The notes: a model not told the origin generated them from the letters alone. 64,000 nucleotides of DNA from Alistipes sp. (GCA_045127275.1 JBGVPZ010000015.1:28066-92065), one strand, 5' to 3'; shown: positions 49,938 to 60,290, numbered from the stretch's first letter. Made by a program: numbers and translations.

Positions 49938-50719
49938 GTGAGGTACGTGCCAAAAAGGCGTTAGGGCAGCACTTCTTGGTCGATCTGAATATCGCCCGCA
50001 AAATCTGCGACTCACTCACGGCTAGATCAGCCGAGCAACCGGCCACGACGCTCGAAGTGGGTTGCGGCATGGGTGTGCTGACGCAATTTTTGTTGCAGCG
50101 CAACGATTTGGTAACGTGGGGAGCCGAGATCGACACCGAGAGTGTGGTCTATCTGCATGCCCACTATCCCGAATTTGCCCCGCGACTGCTGGAGGGAGAC
50201 TTCCTAAAGATGGATCTGCGTAGCCAATTTCCCGAGGGATTTCTGCTTATTGGCAACTTTCCCTACAACATCTCGTCGCAGATCTTTTTCCGCCTGATCG
50301 AACATCGAGACCTGATTCCCGAGTGTGTCGGCATGATCCAGAAGGAGGTAGCCGTGCGCATCGCCGAGCCTCCCGGGTCGCGCGAATACGGCATCCTATC
50401 AGTCTTGCTGCAGGCGTGGTATGACATCGAATACCTCTTCACAGTGGGTGAAAAGGTCTTCAATCCCCCTCCGAAGGTCAAGAGTGCCGTCATTCGACTC
50501 AAGCGCAACGAGGTACAGCAATTGGCATGCGACGAAGTTCTCTTTATCAAGGTCGTGAAGGCTTCGTTTGGCCAGCGTCGCAAGATGATTCGCAACTCGC
50601 TCAAGGCCGTATTTGGTGGCTTTGGCGGTGAGGAGCATCCCTTCTTTTCGCAACGTGCGGAGCAACTTTCGGTCGCCGAATTTGTCGAGCTAACTCAATG
50701 GGTTGCCGCCCATCAATAG
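49934..50719 (+). CDS. rsmA: 16S rRNA m6,2A1518/1519 dimethyltransferase
   Basis: KKALGQHFL, LEVGCGMG, GNFPYNISS, FNPPPKVKS, QRRK. Confidence 0.96.
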   Translation: MSEVRAKKALGQHFLVDLNIARKICDSLTARSAEQPATTLEVGCGMGVLTQFLLQRNDLVTWGAEIDTESVVYLHAHYPEFAPRLLEGDFLKMDLRSQFPEGFLLIGNFPYNISSQIFFRLIEHRDLIPECVGMIQKEVAVRIAEPPGSREYGILSVLLQAWYDIEYLFTVGEKVFNPPPKVKSAVIRLKRNEVQQLACDEVLFIKVVKASFGQRRKMIRNSLKAVFGGFGGEEHPFFSQRAEQLSVAEFVELTQWVAAHQ

Positions 50720-50746
50720 CATCGAACCGGCCGGTCGCAGGGAATG

Positions 50747-50930
50747 GTCGATGAGACTTGACAGTCGCTACGCTCCGTCGAGCCTCGCCGCTGCCGCGGG
50801 GGCGCAAACAACAACCGAGTAAAGCCCCAAAGGGGACATTGTGTTAAGTGGGATTGGTCTTTGTGTAAACACAGGCCAATCCCACTTAACACAAAAGCCA
50901 CCTTTTCAGGTGGCCTTTACTCGGTTCTTG
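50747..50930 (-). mobile_element. Putative non-coding structured cassette at the tRNA-Thr 3' end
   Basis: Degenerate copy of the tRNA 3' end at 50747-61 (13/15 with 50935-49); 12-bp inverted repeat 50813-24/50915-26 enclosing three hairpins. Confidence 0.6.
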
Positions 50931-51002
<72 letters not shown>

Positions 51003-51181
51003 ATTCCCTCTGACGGTTTTCCCGTTTGAGTGGTGCAAAAGTAAGGAAGAAAAATGAAATAACCAAAAAAAAGGTGCAACTTTCCGCTTTTTTTTCTACC
51101 TTTACTCGGTTTTTCGGTGGTAACAGACCGCAAAGGCCAACCACAGATGCAACATAACACCAAAATTCAGTCGATAGAACT

Positions 51182-52129
51182 ATGAAACGAATCCTTATTG
51201 TCGGAGCCGGAGGCCAGATTGGATCCGAACTGACCGTCTATTTGCGTAACATCTACGGCAACCAAAATGTCGTAGCAACCGATATGCGCGATTGTCGCGA
51301 GCTGGGTGCCGATGGTCCCTTCGAGGTCCTCAACGCACTCGATGCCACCTCAATGGCCTCGGTCGTAGCCCGTTACCGCATCGACACGATCTTCAACCTC
51401 GTGGCCCTGCTCTCGGCCGTCGGTGAGCGCAACCCCCAAATGGCCTGGAGTGTCAATATGGGTGCCCTGAACAACTCGCTCGAGGTGGCTCGCCAGCACC
51501 ACTGCGCCCTCTTCACCCCCTCGTCGATCGGAGCTTTCGGTCCCTCGTCGCCCAAAGATCAGACACCGCAGGATACGATCATGCAGCCGACGACCATCTA
51601 CGGTGTTTGCAAATACACAGGAGAGATGCTCGGCAACTACTACTACCAGAAATATGGCGTCGATACCCGCTCGGTGCGTTTCCCAGGCATCATCTCGAAC
51701 GTCACGCTGCCGGGTGGCGGCACGACCGACTATGCCGTAGAGATCTACTACGAGGCGATCCGTTCGGGCCACTTCACCTGCCCCGTGCCGTCGAATGTCT
51801 ATATGGACATGATCTATATGCCTGATGCGCTGCGTGCTTGCGTGGAGCTCATGGAGGCCGATCCGGCACAACTCAAGCACCGCAACAGCTTCAACATCGC
51901 CTCGATGAGTTTCACGCCCGAGATCATCTACAACGAAATCCGCAAGCGTCTGCCCGACTTCACGATGGATTACGAGATCGATCCCGTAAAACGTGCCATT
52001 GCCGAGAGCTGGCCCAATTCACTCGACGACAGCTGCGCCCGCGAGGAGTGGGGTTGGAAACCCGAGTGGGACCTCTCGTCGATGACCGACGACATGTTGC
52101 TGCACATCCGCAAAAAGTTAAACATGTAA
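51182..52129 (+). CDS. NAD-dependent epimerase/dehydratase family; likely SDR-type L-threonine 3-dehydrogenase
   Basis: GAGGQIG, ALLSAVGE, PSSIGAFG, YGVCK, PGGGTTDYAV. Confidence 0.85.
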   Translation: MKRILIVGAGGQIGSELTVYLRNIYGNQNVVATDMRDCRELGADGPFEVLNALDATSMASVVARYRIDTIFNLVALLSAVGERNPQMAWSVNMGALNNSLEVARQHHCALFTPSSIGAFGPSSPKDQTPQDTIMQPTTIYGVCKYTGEMLGNYYYQKYGVDTRSVRFPGIISNVTLPGGGTTDYAVEIYYEAIRSGHFTCPVPSNVYMDMIYMPDALRACVELMEADPAQLKHRNSFNIASMSFTPEIIYNEIRKRLPDFTMDYEIDPVKRAIAESWPNSLDDSCAREEWGWKPEWDLSSMTDDMLLHIRKKLNM

Positions 52130-52133
52130 GCCG

Positions 52134-53087
52134 ATGCGCCGCATGATCGTTTGGGTGGCAGCGATTCTCGGTCTTTTGGTGCTCCTGACCTTCGTCGGGG
52201 GATACTACCTCACGGAGCTGGCCCTACGCCCCAACTTCGAGCGGGATGCCGAGCGTTGCTACGAGAATTTTGTAGAGAACTACCCCACCCTTCAATCGTG
52301 GGGCGACAGCCTCCGTCAGGCCCAAAACCTTACCTTGGAGCATCTGACAGCCGAGGATGGGACACCGCTGACGGCCTATCGCATCGTGGCCGACAAGCCG
52401 ACCCGTCGCACCGCCGTAGTCGTACACGGATACACGGATCACCCCTTCGGGATGTTGCAGATCGCCTGGATCTACCACCGCATGGGCTACAACATCCTGC
52501 TGCCCACGTTGCGCTACCACGGCGAGAGTGGCGGAGATTCGATCGGCATGGGGTGGAACGACCGCTTGGACGTAAAGGCCTGGATCGACCAGCTGCCGAC
52601 GCTCTTTGGGGCGGAGCAGCAGGTCGTCGTGCACGGCATTTCGATGGGAGCCGCCACGACGATGATGCTCGCCGGCGAGGCCGATCTGACGCCTGCCGTA
52701 CGATGCTTTGTCGAGGATTGCGGCTACATGGGCGTGTGGGAACAGTTCCAGAAGGAGCTCAAGGAGGATTATCATCTGCCCCCGTTCCCGATTCTGCATA
52801 CGGCAAACCTGATCTGTCGCTGGCGTTTCGGCTGGGATTTCCTGGAGGCCTCGTCGCTCGAGGCTGTGCGTCGGTGTGAGCGTCCGATGCTCTTTATCCA
52901 CGGTAGCGAAGATCGCTATGTGCCGACCTGGATGGTCTATCCGCTCTACTACGAAAAGGGTGGAGCCAAGGAGGATAAGGAGAAGTGGATCGCCCCGGAG
53001 TCGCGCCATGCAGTCTCCTTTGCCGACCATCCGGAGGAGTACATTCAACGCGTGAAGGCCTTTGTCGGGCGGTATATCAGCGAATAA
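52134..53087 (+). CDS. Alpha/beta hydrolase, membrane-anchored
   Basis: VVHGY, GISMG nucleophile elbow, EDCGY, IHGSEDRYVP, His near the C-terminus. Confidence 0.88.
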   Translation: MRRMIVWVAAILGLLVLLTFVGGYYLTELALRPNFERDAERCYENFVENYPTLQSWGDSLRQAQNLTLEHLTAEDGTPLTAYRIVADKPTRRTAVVVHGYTDHPFGMLQIAWIYHRMGYNILLPTLRYHGESGGDSIGMGWNDRLDVKAWIDQLPTLFGAEQQVVVHGISMGAATTMMLAGEADLTPAVRCFVEDCGYMGVWEQFQKELKEDYHLPPFPILHTANLICRWRFGWDFLEASSLEAVRRCERPMLFIHGSEDRYVPTWMVYPLYYEKGGAKEDKEKWIAPESRHAVSFADHPEEYIQRVKAFVGRYISE

Positions 53088-53109
53088 ATCCCGCCGAATA
53101 AACACAGAT

Positions 53110-53146
53110 AAGGGGTTGTCCAACAAGCATGTTGAGACAACCCCTT
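53110..53146. repeat. REP-like hairpin/bidirectional terminator
   Basis: Reverse complement differs from 27309-27346 by one indel and one substitution. Confidence 0.8.
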
Positions 53147-53170
53147 CACGTAAAAGTTCTACGCAGACTA

Positions 53171-54466
53171 TTACTTACATTGCTCCTGCATCCACGCCAC
53201 AGCCTCGCGGTGGGTCTCCTCATACCGCCAATGGTACGAGGCGGGCGTAGTGACAATCTGCTTGGGGGCCTCGATCACATTCAAGGCGGCAGCTACCGAG
53301 GTCGGTGGGCAGGTGTTGTCGTTAAAACCATAGGAATAGAATCCTGGCACCTTCACCCGACGGGCAAAATTGACCACATCGTAGTAAGCCATCGTCTTGA
53401 GAGCCCTCTTGTGGTTCAGATCGGGACGTGCATCAATCGTTGCAAACATGCGTGGCCAACCTCCGGCTCGGCCGTGTTGATAGCCACTCACATCGCACAA
53501 GGCCGGATAGAACGAGGCCAAGAAATCAACCTCTTCGTGCAACGCAGCCGTCACGATGCTCAAGGCCCCGCCCTGGCTGCCACCCGTCACACCGACATGC
53601 TCCCCATCCCACTCGGGCAGGGTCATCAGGAAGTCGATAGCGCGCACACAACCGGCATAGACCTTTTTATAATAGTACTCGTCCACCTGCTCGATGTTCG
53701 TATACCAATATTCGCCCAGCTCCTCCTTTTTCGCGGCGATAAAGGCATCCGTCGCATTGACCGGCATGCCGTGAATCTCCACCTCGAGCGTAATGAATCC
53801 GGCCTTGGCATATCGCTGTGTAGGACGAATACGCTTTACACCCGCACCGGGAGGTACGAAGAGGACCGGATGTGGTTTCCCGTCACGCGGCAGCGTCAGA
53901 TAGCCATACATACATGAGCCCTCCTCGAAGATCGGGATGCGCACCATCTGCACCTCGAACTCCTCAGTCGAGTATTCGGGCAGGGGCGTACGCTCCACCT
54001 CAAGCGGTGTTTTGCGAGCCTGCTTGATTGTCTGTCGCCAGAAGATCGAGAAATCGAGCGGATTGGGGATCGTCGGTTTGATCTCATGGGCCCCAAAGCC
54101 CACCTTCACGGTCTCAGTATAGCTCTCCCCTTCGACCTCGAAACGAATCGTACAATAGCGAAATCCGGGATTCTCCATGGCGGGAATCTGCACCCGCGCC
54201 TCGCCTCGGCTGAAGCGACCGGCACCACGCATTGACGGCTCCATCCGATCGTCGCCCATCTCATAGTGGATCGTCACCCCATCCAGCGCATTACCTCCGG
54301 CCTTGGCCACCACGCGCACCTCGGCCGGATGGCCAACGGCATAGAAGCCCTTCGGAGCATCCGTCAGCACCGTAAAATCAACATAGGGGCGGCCGGGCTT
54401 GGCCGTTTGCGCCCACACCGAGGAGGTCAGCAGCAGTGCCGCGACCCACAACAAGCAACGTTTCAT
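53171..54466 (-). CDS. Acetylxylan esterase (AXE1/CE7-like), secreted
   Basis: Signal peptide; PLDFSIFW, PGAG, GGSQGG, GWP, YYDVVNFA, DNTCPP. Confidence 0.85.
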   Translation of the reverse strand: MKRCLLWVAALLLTSSVWAQTAKPGRPYVDFTVLTDAPKGFYAVGHPAEVRVVAKAGGNALDGVTIHYEMGDDRMEPSMRGAGRFSRGEARVQIPAMENPGFRYCTIRFEVEGESYTETVKVGFGAHEIKPTIPNPLDFSIFWRQTIKQARKTPLEVERTPLPEYSTEEFEVQMVRIPIFEEGSCMYGYLTLPRDGKPHPVLFVPPGAGVKRIRPTQRYAKAGFITLEVEIHGMPVNATDAFIAAKKEELGEYWYTNIEQVDEYYYKKVYAGCVRAIDFLMTLPEWDGEHVGVTGGSQGGALSIVTAALHEEVDFLASFYPALCDVSGYQHGRAGGWPRMFATIDARPDLNHKRALKTMAYYDVVNFARRVKVPGFYSYGFNDNTCPPTSVAAALNVIEAPKQIVTTPASYHWRYEETHREAVAWMQEQCK

Positions 54467-54478
54467 CACCAATAAGGG

Positions 54479-54856
54479 CTATTTCTTCACCGCAATGGCG
54501 TCAATCTCTACCTTCGCGCCCATCGGCAATTTGGCCACCTCATAGCACATGCGGGCAGGCATCTCGGCCGTAAAGTAGGTGGCATAGATGGCATTCATGG
54601 CGGCAAAATCAGCAATCGAGTCGAGCAGAACGGTCGTCTTGACCACATCGGCATAGTCATACCCCGCCTCACGGAGAATGTAGCCGAGGTTTTTAAGCGA
54701 CTGATGGGTCTGCTCCTCGATCGTCTCGGGCATCGTAGCCGTAGCACCATCGACGGGCAGCTGACCCGAAATATAGAGCGTTCCGTTGGCCTCAATGGCC
54801 TGCGAATAGGGGCCCACAGCCTTCGGAGCCAGGGGCGAAGCAATTACCTTTTTCAT
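54479..54856 (-). CDS. ridA: RidA/YjgF family enamine deaminase
   Basis: APKAVGPYSQA, SGQLP, VVKTTV, PAR, LPMGAKVEID. Confidence 0.9.
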   Translation of the reverse strand: MKKVIASPLAPKAVGPYSQAIEANGTLYISGQLPVDGATATMPETIEEQTHQSLKNLGYILREAGYDYADVVKTTVLLDSIADFAAMNAIYATYFTAEMPARMCYEVAKLPMGAKVEIDAIAVKK

Positions 54857-54952
54857 GGTTTGAAATCTTAATATGCGTAAATAATGGATTTACCACCTCA
54901 AAGATACAAATATATTCCGTATCTTTGTCCGTACCTAACAACTTTTTACACG

Positions 54953-55381
54953 ATGAAAACGATCTTTCGCATCTGCATGCTGCTCCTGCTTTCGGGCATG
55001 ATCACCGCATGCTGCAACTGCCGCCACAAGGCCGCAAAGGGTGAGCGTCCGCTCGTGGGCACCACCTGGCAACTGATTCAGATCGGGGAGCAGACCCTGA
55101 AGCCCGTTGCCGGAAAATATACCCTGCAACTGCTCGAGAGAGGTCAGGTGGCCGCCAAAGGCGACTGCAACCAGATCACCGCGACCTACACCACCGACGC
55201 CAAACGCACCCTTCGTATCGATGCTCCGGCTTCGACGCGCATGATGTGTCCCGACGCTGAGGGTGAGGCTCGCTATGTGGCTATGCTCGACCAGACGACC
55301 CGCTACGACATGGATGGGGCGATGCTGTTGCTCTTCGAGGGCGACCGGCTGCTGGCCGTCATGCAGGCCATCGAGCAATAA
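54953..55381 (+). CDS. META-domain lipoprotein (HslJ-like)
   Basis: Lipobox ITAC; LVGTTWQL, GDCN, ASTRMMCP; ATG at 54953, -7 TATCTTTG at 54920. Confidence 0.85.
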   Translation: MKTIFRICMLLLLSGMITACCNCRHKAAKGERPLVGTTWQLIQIGEQTLKPVAGKYTLQLLERGQVAAKGDCNQITATYTTDAKRTLRIDAPASTRMMCPDAEGEARYVAMLDQTTRYDMDGAMLLLFEGDRLLAVMQAIEQ

Positions 55382-55426
55382 AGGCTCGCAACGGCCACGA
55401 TGGATCAGAGCCGACCGCCGAAAAAC

Positions 55427-55462
55427 AAAACGACCGTCTGAAGTGATTCAGACGGTCGTTTT
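55427..55462. terminator. Bidirectional terminator between the META gene and rpsT
   Basis: aaaacgaccgtctgaa-gtga-ttcagacggtcgtttt perfect stem. Confidence 0.88.
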
Positions 55463-55481
55463 TGTATCCTTCGCGCAACGA

Positions 55482-55733
55482 TTAGAGTGCGTTTACGTGC
55501 AGCTGGATAGCGCTCTTCAGGTTACCTGCCTTGTTCTTGTGAACAATGTTCAACTTGGCCAGCTTGTCGAGCATCGACGTTACCTTCGGGAGCAGAGCCT
55601 CAGCAGCGCTCTTATCGGTCGTGTTGCGCAATGCCTTCACGGCGTTGCGAGCCGTCTTGTGGAACAGACGGTTGTGTGCGCGCTTCGTCACGGTCTGGCG
55701 GATGCGCTTCTTCGAAGACTTATGGTTTGCCAT
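55482..55733 (-). CDS. rpsT: 30S ribosomal protein S20
   Basis: MANHKSSKKRIRQ...IVHKNKAGNLKS. Confidence 0.97.
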   Translation of the reverse strand: MANHKSSKKRIRQTVTKRAHNRLFHKTARNAVKALRNTTDKSAAEALLPKVTSMLDKLAKLNIVHKNKAGNLKSAIQLHVNAL

Positions 55734-55915
55734 AATTCGTTAAATTGTTTTTTTATTTTTACTTTTATAAGTTGCTTCGTTTTGAGGTTCTTTCACGCCC
55801 TCCTCAGCAGGCGATCCGACCGTAGCCGTTTGTGGATAGGCATTGTGCCCGCTCCGATTTTGTTGTTCACCCGTAGAGACCTAGGCCATCAAAACAACCA
55901 AGAGCCTCTTCGTTG

Positions 55916-55987
55916 TAGCCCATAGGAGAGTCGAACTCCTCTTTCAAGAATGAAAATCTTGCGTCCTAACCGATAGACGAATGGGCC
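55916..55987 (-). tRNA. tRNA-Glu(TTC)
   Basis: GGCCCATTCGTCTATCGGTTAGGAC-G-CAAGA-TT-TTC-AT-TCTTG...GTTCGACTC...ATGGGCTA. Confidence 0.95.
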
Positions 55988-56230
55988 TTACCGCTATTGC
56001 GACCAGAATTTGACCACTTTAGCGGTGCAAAGGTACACAAAAAAAGGAGTTACGCAAAATAAAGCGTAAAAAAAATCAAAAAAGGTGATCAATCGCCCAT
56101 TTTCCGGTACAATCGGAGTTCTATTAGCCGATTTAAGATCAGATTATTAGCCACAAAACCAGAACCTGGTTGCAAAAACGGAAAAATAGTGTTAGTTTTG
56201 TCATATTATTAGGTTTTAAAGTGCAAATCC

Positions 56231-57886
56231 ATGAAGAGATCTCTTAAACAGTTGTTGTGTCTTGTCGGAGCACTGCTGTTGGCTGCTGGGATAGCCTGGT
56301 CGCAACCCACGGACGATACGATCAAGAGTTGGTTGCAGGAGTATATCGATGCCCGCAATGCAGGAAAAGATTCTGCCATGCCGTTGGTACGTATCAATGA
56401 TTATTACAAAAGTGGGGACACAGCCTTGCGTAGCACATGTCGGGAGATATTGAAAGCCGAAATCGCTTCGCAGCTGCGTGCAGGCAACAAGCAGACGGTT
56501 CTCTGCCTGATCGAGTTGTATGATTTCATCGTTACCGATCCGACCGATCGGGCCCCCGAACTCTATTTCATCGAGGGTAACATCTACGTCGAGCGCAACG
56601 ACTCGGTAGCCCTAAAGAAAGCTATGCACAAGATCGAAACGTTGGGTCGCGGAGAGCAGTTTCACGAAAAACTTGCCGTATATTTGGAAAAGATGCGTAG
56701 CTACATCCCGGCCGATAAATATTTGGAGGGGTATTGGGTAACAGACGAACGATTCGCAGTAACATGGCGCAAGGTACGATATGCCACATCGCCTTTCTAT
56801 CTGCTCAAAGCCGAACAAATAGCCGATACAACCCGTTTGACACTCTTGAAGGGGTTAACAGCAGGCCTTTACGGAGAGGCCGAGAAACAAATGAGGCATC
56901 CACAGTTGGTGATCCCCTATGCTACCGACTCGCTCTACATTTTATGGTCATCGGAACGGCTGCGCAATATCAACCCCGAGCAGGTGGCTTCGTATCGCAA
57001 CATTGTACGGGAAACATCCGCTCAAGCATCAGGCATCTTCGCACAACGGCACCAGTATAGCAGTTCGGAGCAGCTCGGCAACCAGCTAATAACCAACTTG
57101 GCCGAAATGGGTATCAATTCGTTGATCAGTTCGCTCTCAACCCCTAAAAAAACGATTCTAATGGTTGAATTTCGTCTGAAGCATATCAACGACCGTCTCT
57201 ATCGCGGAACAAGACATTACTATTTATGTATAGCATCCGCCGATGGCAAGAAGCAGGAGACGCATCATACGTATCCTTGCAACCTCTATCGTTGGGATAA
57301 GGAGAGTGGTATTCTCTTCGGGAACCATCAAATGGAAAAAAACTATTTCTTCTATGGACACGACAAGGAGGAGCAGATTGCAGCAAAAGAGGATAAGGAC
57401 GGATATTATTTGCAGAGCTATCGAAACTACAAAAATCATGGCTTGACAACTCGTAGGTATTTCGAATATCTCGAAGCCTTCAATACAGCGCAATTCCGCC
57501 AACTGGAGATCTACAACCAACGATTGTTAGACCCCGCACAGACTCCGATTATCGAGATACCCGAAGGGATGCAGATGGCCGGATGGTTAGGACTCGGCGG
57601 ACAAAAGGCGACCCCAGAGTTGGCAGCCGAACATAAATTGACCGCCAACGCGGGTGTAGTGGTCGATTCGCTCTATGCAGCCTCCCCCGCGCTGGTAGCA
57701 GGTCTACATAAAGGCGACCTGGTGCAACGCGTCAATGGCAAGGAGATAAACTCGATCGAGGCGTTAAATCAGACGATTGCCACCTTTGAGCCAGGTGCCG
57801 AAATCACGATCGAAGGAGAACGCGCCGGCAAGCCAATCAGAAGGTTAGTGCGTCTATCCTATCAATTTGTACCCATCAAAGAGTAG
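56231..57886 (+). CDS. Secreted hypothetical protein with a C-terminal PDZ domain
   Basis: Signal peptide; helical N-terminus; GWLGL...GVVVDSLYAASPALVAGLHKGDLVQRVNG PDZ signature. Confidence 0.8.
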   Translation: MKRSLKQLLCLVGALLLAAGIAWSQPTDDTIKSWLQEYIDARNAGKDSAMPLVRINDYYKSGDTALRSTCREILKAEIASQLRAGNKQTVLCLIELYDFIVTDPTDRAPELYFIEGNIYVERNDSVALKKAMHKIETLGRGEQFHEKLAVYLEKMRSYIPADKYLEGYWVTDERFAVTWRKVRYATSPFYLLKAEQIADTTRLTLLKGLTAGLYGEAEKQMRHPQLVIPYATDSLYILWSSERLRNINPEQVASYRNIVRETSAQASGIFAQRHQYSSSEQLGNQLITNLAEMGINSLISSLSTPKKTILMVEFRLKHINDRLYRGTRHYYLCIASADGKKQETHHTYPCNLYRWDKESGILFGNHQMEKNYFFYGHDKEEQIAAKEDKDGYYLQSYRNYKNHGLTTRRYFEYLEAFNTAQFRQLEIYNQRLLDPAQTPIIEIPEGMQMAGWLGLGGQKATPELAAEHKLTANAGVVVDSLYAASPALVAGLHKGDLVQRVNGKEINSIEALNQTIATFEPGAEITIEGERAGKPIRRLVRLSYQFVPIKE

Positions 57887-57892
57887 TCGGTC

Positions 57893-59443
57893 ATGCGAAA
57901 AGATTTTTATATCCTCCTCGTTTTGCTCTTTGCAGTGAGTGAGGTCTCGGCACAATCTGACTACCACGATCAGTTGGCCAACGACCCCACATCGGCAGCT
58001 GCAGGAGCCTACCAGGCCAAGCGATCGTTGTGGTCGCTCGGAAGCAACGATATGAGTTCGTGGACCGTGCCGGCTCGCACGCAGAGCGGAGCTTGGACAC
58101 AACAACGCGTGCACAGCAATCGCAACATAACAATTCGACCACCTCAACGGCGCGTGAGCCGCACGACTCAACAGAAGGCAGCCAAAAAGGCGCAACGCGA
58201 TGCCGAGCATAGTGAATGGTTAGAAAAGCGCAATGCACAAATCGAAGCAGCCAAGGAGGCACAGCGCAACCGCGACCGCATACGCCGCCAACGTGAGGCG
58301 GCCGAAGATGCGGCCGATCGCCAGGCCGGCTACGCACGCCACATGAGCCAAACGGCAGGTTATTATCGGTCGCAGCAGGCGCGTGATCAAGCAATGGCCA
58401 TCGAAGCGATGCGATTGAACGAGCAATACACGGCTCGCCGCATGGCCACCCCACCCCCAACCAACACGGCTAAGGTCGAGACGATGGCCAACGAGGAGTT
58501 GGCTGCCCTGCTGGAACCACAGCCCGAGGCAATCGGCAGTTTAGTCTATGAGGCACCTCAGACCCACATCGAAGGCAGTTTTAGCGATGCACAGCAAGGT
58601 CATCTTGCAGTAACAAACAATCTCTACTACGACCAAGAGTCTTGGCAAAAGTGGCAATGGGCTGCAGAGGAGTCGAATGTATTGAACTTCACACATACAC
58701 GTACCCAGCCAATCACCCAAGAGCCCATCTTGCTCCTCTCGCACGAGGAGTATTCAGTCGATTCGGTGACACTCTTCGTGTTACCCTCCTACGGCTTGGT
58801 AATGCCAGTCGGTGATAGCTTGCTCCTGCTCAAGGATCGCTCGTTGAGTGCTGTAGCGTGGCAAGATGGCCGTCGCTACACCTCCGCTTTCGTTTGTGGC
58901 GATAAACTCATCGGGCGTCAAGGCAAAGCAATCTACACGATCGAAGATCAACCCACTCCGCCATTGTTGCAATTTGACACCGAGGAGTATTCACTCTTCA
59001 CAGGAAACAACCGATCGCTCTACGCTCTATTCTGGTATGAAAACCTATCTTCCATCTTTCAGATTGACCTCTCTACGAAAAATTTTCATGAGATCGTACG
59101 CGTTCCGTTGCCTATCTGGAAAGTAGTAGCCAACGAACACCGACGTTTTATTTTGATCGAGGACGACATCTATCTGCTGACCGAAGAGGGCGAGCCTCAC
59201 CTATTCTATCGTAGCAAGGAGCGTATCAACGACCTTGATTTCTCACCGTGGGGGTTACTGCTCACGACGGATAAGAAGGTTATTCGGATCAGTTCGGCAA
59301 CTAAGACCGAGACGTTCTACCCCTATGGTGCCCATCAGGTGTGGCTCGATGGCAACGAGGTCTATCTGCTCGATCAAAATTGCGACCTGCTTTTGATACC
59401 CGATGGCGCAGACTACATTCATCAACAAGAATTTGGCAATTAA
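57893..59443 (+). CDS. Secreted hypothetical protein: charged coiled coil plus probable beta-propeller
   Basis: Signal peptide; long Q/R/E/A-rich helix; C-terminal repeats of short beta strands. Confidence 0.75.
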   Translation: MRKDFYILLVLLFAVSEVSAQSDYHDQLANDPTSAAAGAYQAKRSLWSLGSNDMSSWTVPARTQSGAWTQQRVHSNRNITIRPPQRRVSRTTQQKAAKKAQRDAEHSEWLEKRNAQIEAAKEAQRNRDRIRRQREAAEDAADRQAGYARHMSQTAGYYRSQQARDQAMAIEAMRLNEQYTARRMATPPPTNTAKVETMANEELAALLEPQPEAIGSLVYEAPQTHIEGSFSDAQQGHLAVTNNLYYDQESWQKWQWAAEESNVLNFTHTRTQPITQEPILLLSHEEYSVDSVTLFVLPSYGLVMPVGDSLLLLKDRSLSAVAWQDGRRYTSAFVCGDKLIGRQGKAIYTIEDQPTPPLLQFDTEEYSLFTGNNRSLYALFWYENLSSIFQIDLSTKNFHEIVRVPLPIWKVVANEHRRFILIEDDIYLLTEEGEPHLFYRSKERINDLDFSPWGLLLTTDKKVIRISSATKTETFYPYGAHQVWLDGNEVYLLDQNCDLLLIPDGADYIHQQEFGN

Positions 59444-59455
59444 AAACATACAACT

Positions 59456-60061
59456 ATGAACAAATTAGTTTTTTTCCTTTGCTTATGGATTGCCGGTGTT
59501 GGCTTCGTCGGATCTGCTGCAGCCCAAACAGAGCAACAGAGCCCAGCATCCCTTCCAAGCATCGGGAGTGATTACCGCTTTTATTGTGTGTGCGGAGAGG
59601 TTAGTGCACAAAAGGGGAAGAACGTTCATTCGAAAGACCCTAAAGTTACTATGGCAAATTATCATAGATGCGGAAAATGCAATCGTTTATTCTTGGTGGA
59701 GTATTTCTCCTATAGCTATACCCCCGTGCGGATCACGGAGATAACAAATCATGCACCGAACCACCATTGCGATAGCCTTTGTATAAGAAAAACCATCATA
59801 GGCCAACAACCGGGGGCTCCCCATACCATTTATCAGCTGGAACGCACTTGTGGCTTTCAACATCCGATTGATGTGTTTATTATGAACAAATCAACAAGAG
59901 CTCTCCTCAAAAGGTTTAGATTAGAGGGAACTACCACCAAAGAGCCCGTTCGCGTGAAGCGCGGGGAGGACTTCTTCTATTATTTACAGCCTGTTCAGGA
60001 ATCAACAACAGAAAGCTCGCAACCAGCTGCAAGACGGAATCGTCCCGGCAGCCGTCAATAA
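59456..60061 (+). CDS. Secreted hypothetical Cys/His-rich protein
   Basis: Signal peptide; CxC...HRCxxC; 12 bp after the previous stop. Confidence 0.7.
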   Translation: MNKLVFFLCLWIAGVGFVGSAAAQTEQQSPASLPSIGSDYRFYCVCGEVSAQKGKNVHSKDPKVTMANYHRCGKCNRLFLVEYFSYSYTPVRITEITNHAPNHHCDSLCIRKTIIGQQPGAPHTIYQLERTCGFQHPIDVFIMNKSTRALLKRFRLEGTTTKEPVRVKRGEDFFYYLQPVQESTTESSQPAARRNRPGSRQ

Positions 60062-60146
60062 GGATCCGGGAGAGAACTATTTTTTAGGAATTTTCCGATC
60101 GCTAAGTAATGAGTTTGTATTTTTTTTGCAAAAAAAAGCCGAAAGG

Positions 60147-60178
60147 TTTGGCAGAGTAAAAAAAGAACTCTATATTTG
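60147..60178 (+). promoter_or_regulatory. Promoter of tRNA-Pro
   Basis: TTTG (60147-50), 20-nt spacer, TATATTTG (60171-78). Confidence 0.75.
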
Positions 60179-60214
60179 CAGTCCCAAATGAGAGGTTTTC
60201 TCTCGAGTGGACCT

Positions 60215-60289
60215 CGGGATGTAGCTCAGCCCGGTTAGAGTACACGTCTGGGGGGCGTGTTGTCGCTGGTTCGAATCCAGTCATCCCGA
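60215..60289 (+). tRNA. tRNA-Pro(GGG)
   Basis: CGGGATGTAGCTCAGCCCGGTTAGAG...CACGT-CT-GGG-GG-GCGTG...GGTTCGAATCCAGTCATCCCGA. Confidence 0.95.
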
Positions 60290-60290
60290 C

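Noticed and set aside
55734-55915. Cassette or tRNA-end duplication behind tRNA-Glu (and behind tRNA-Arg, 40995-41109)
   Set aside because: Only a 6-bp match (gtagcc) behind tRNA-Glu and none behind tRNA-Arg; no four-arm structure
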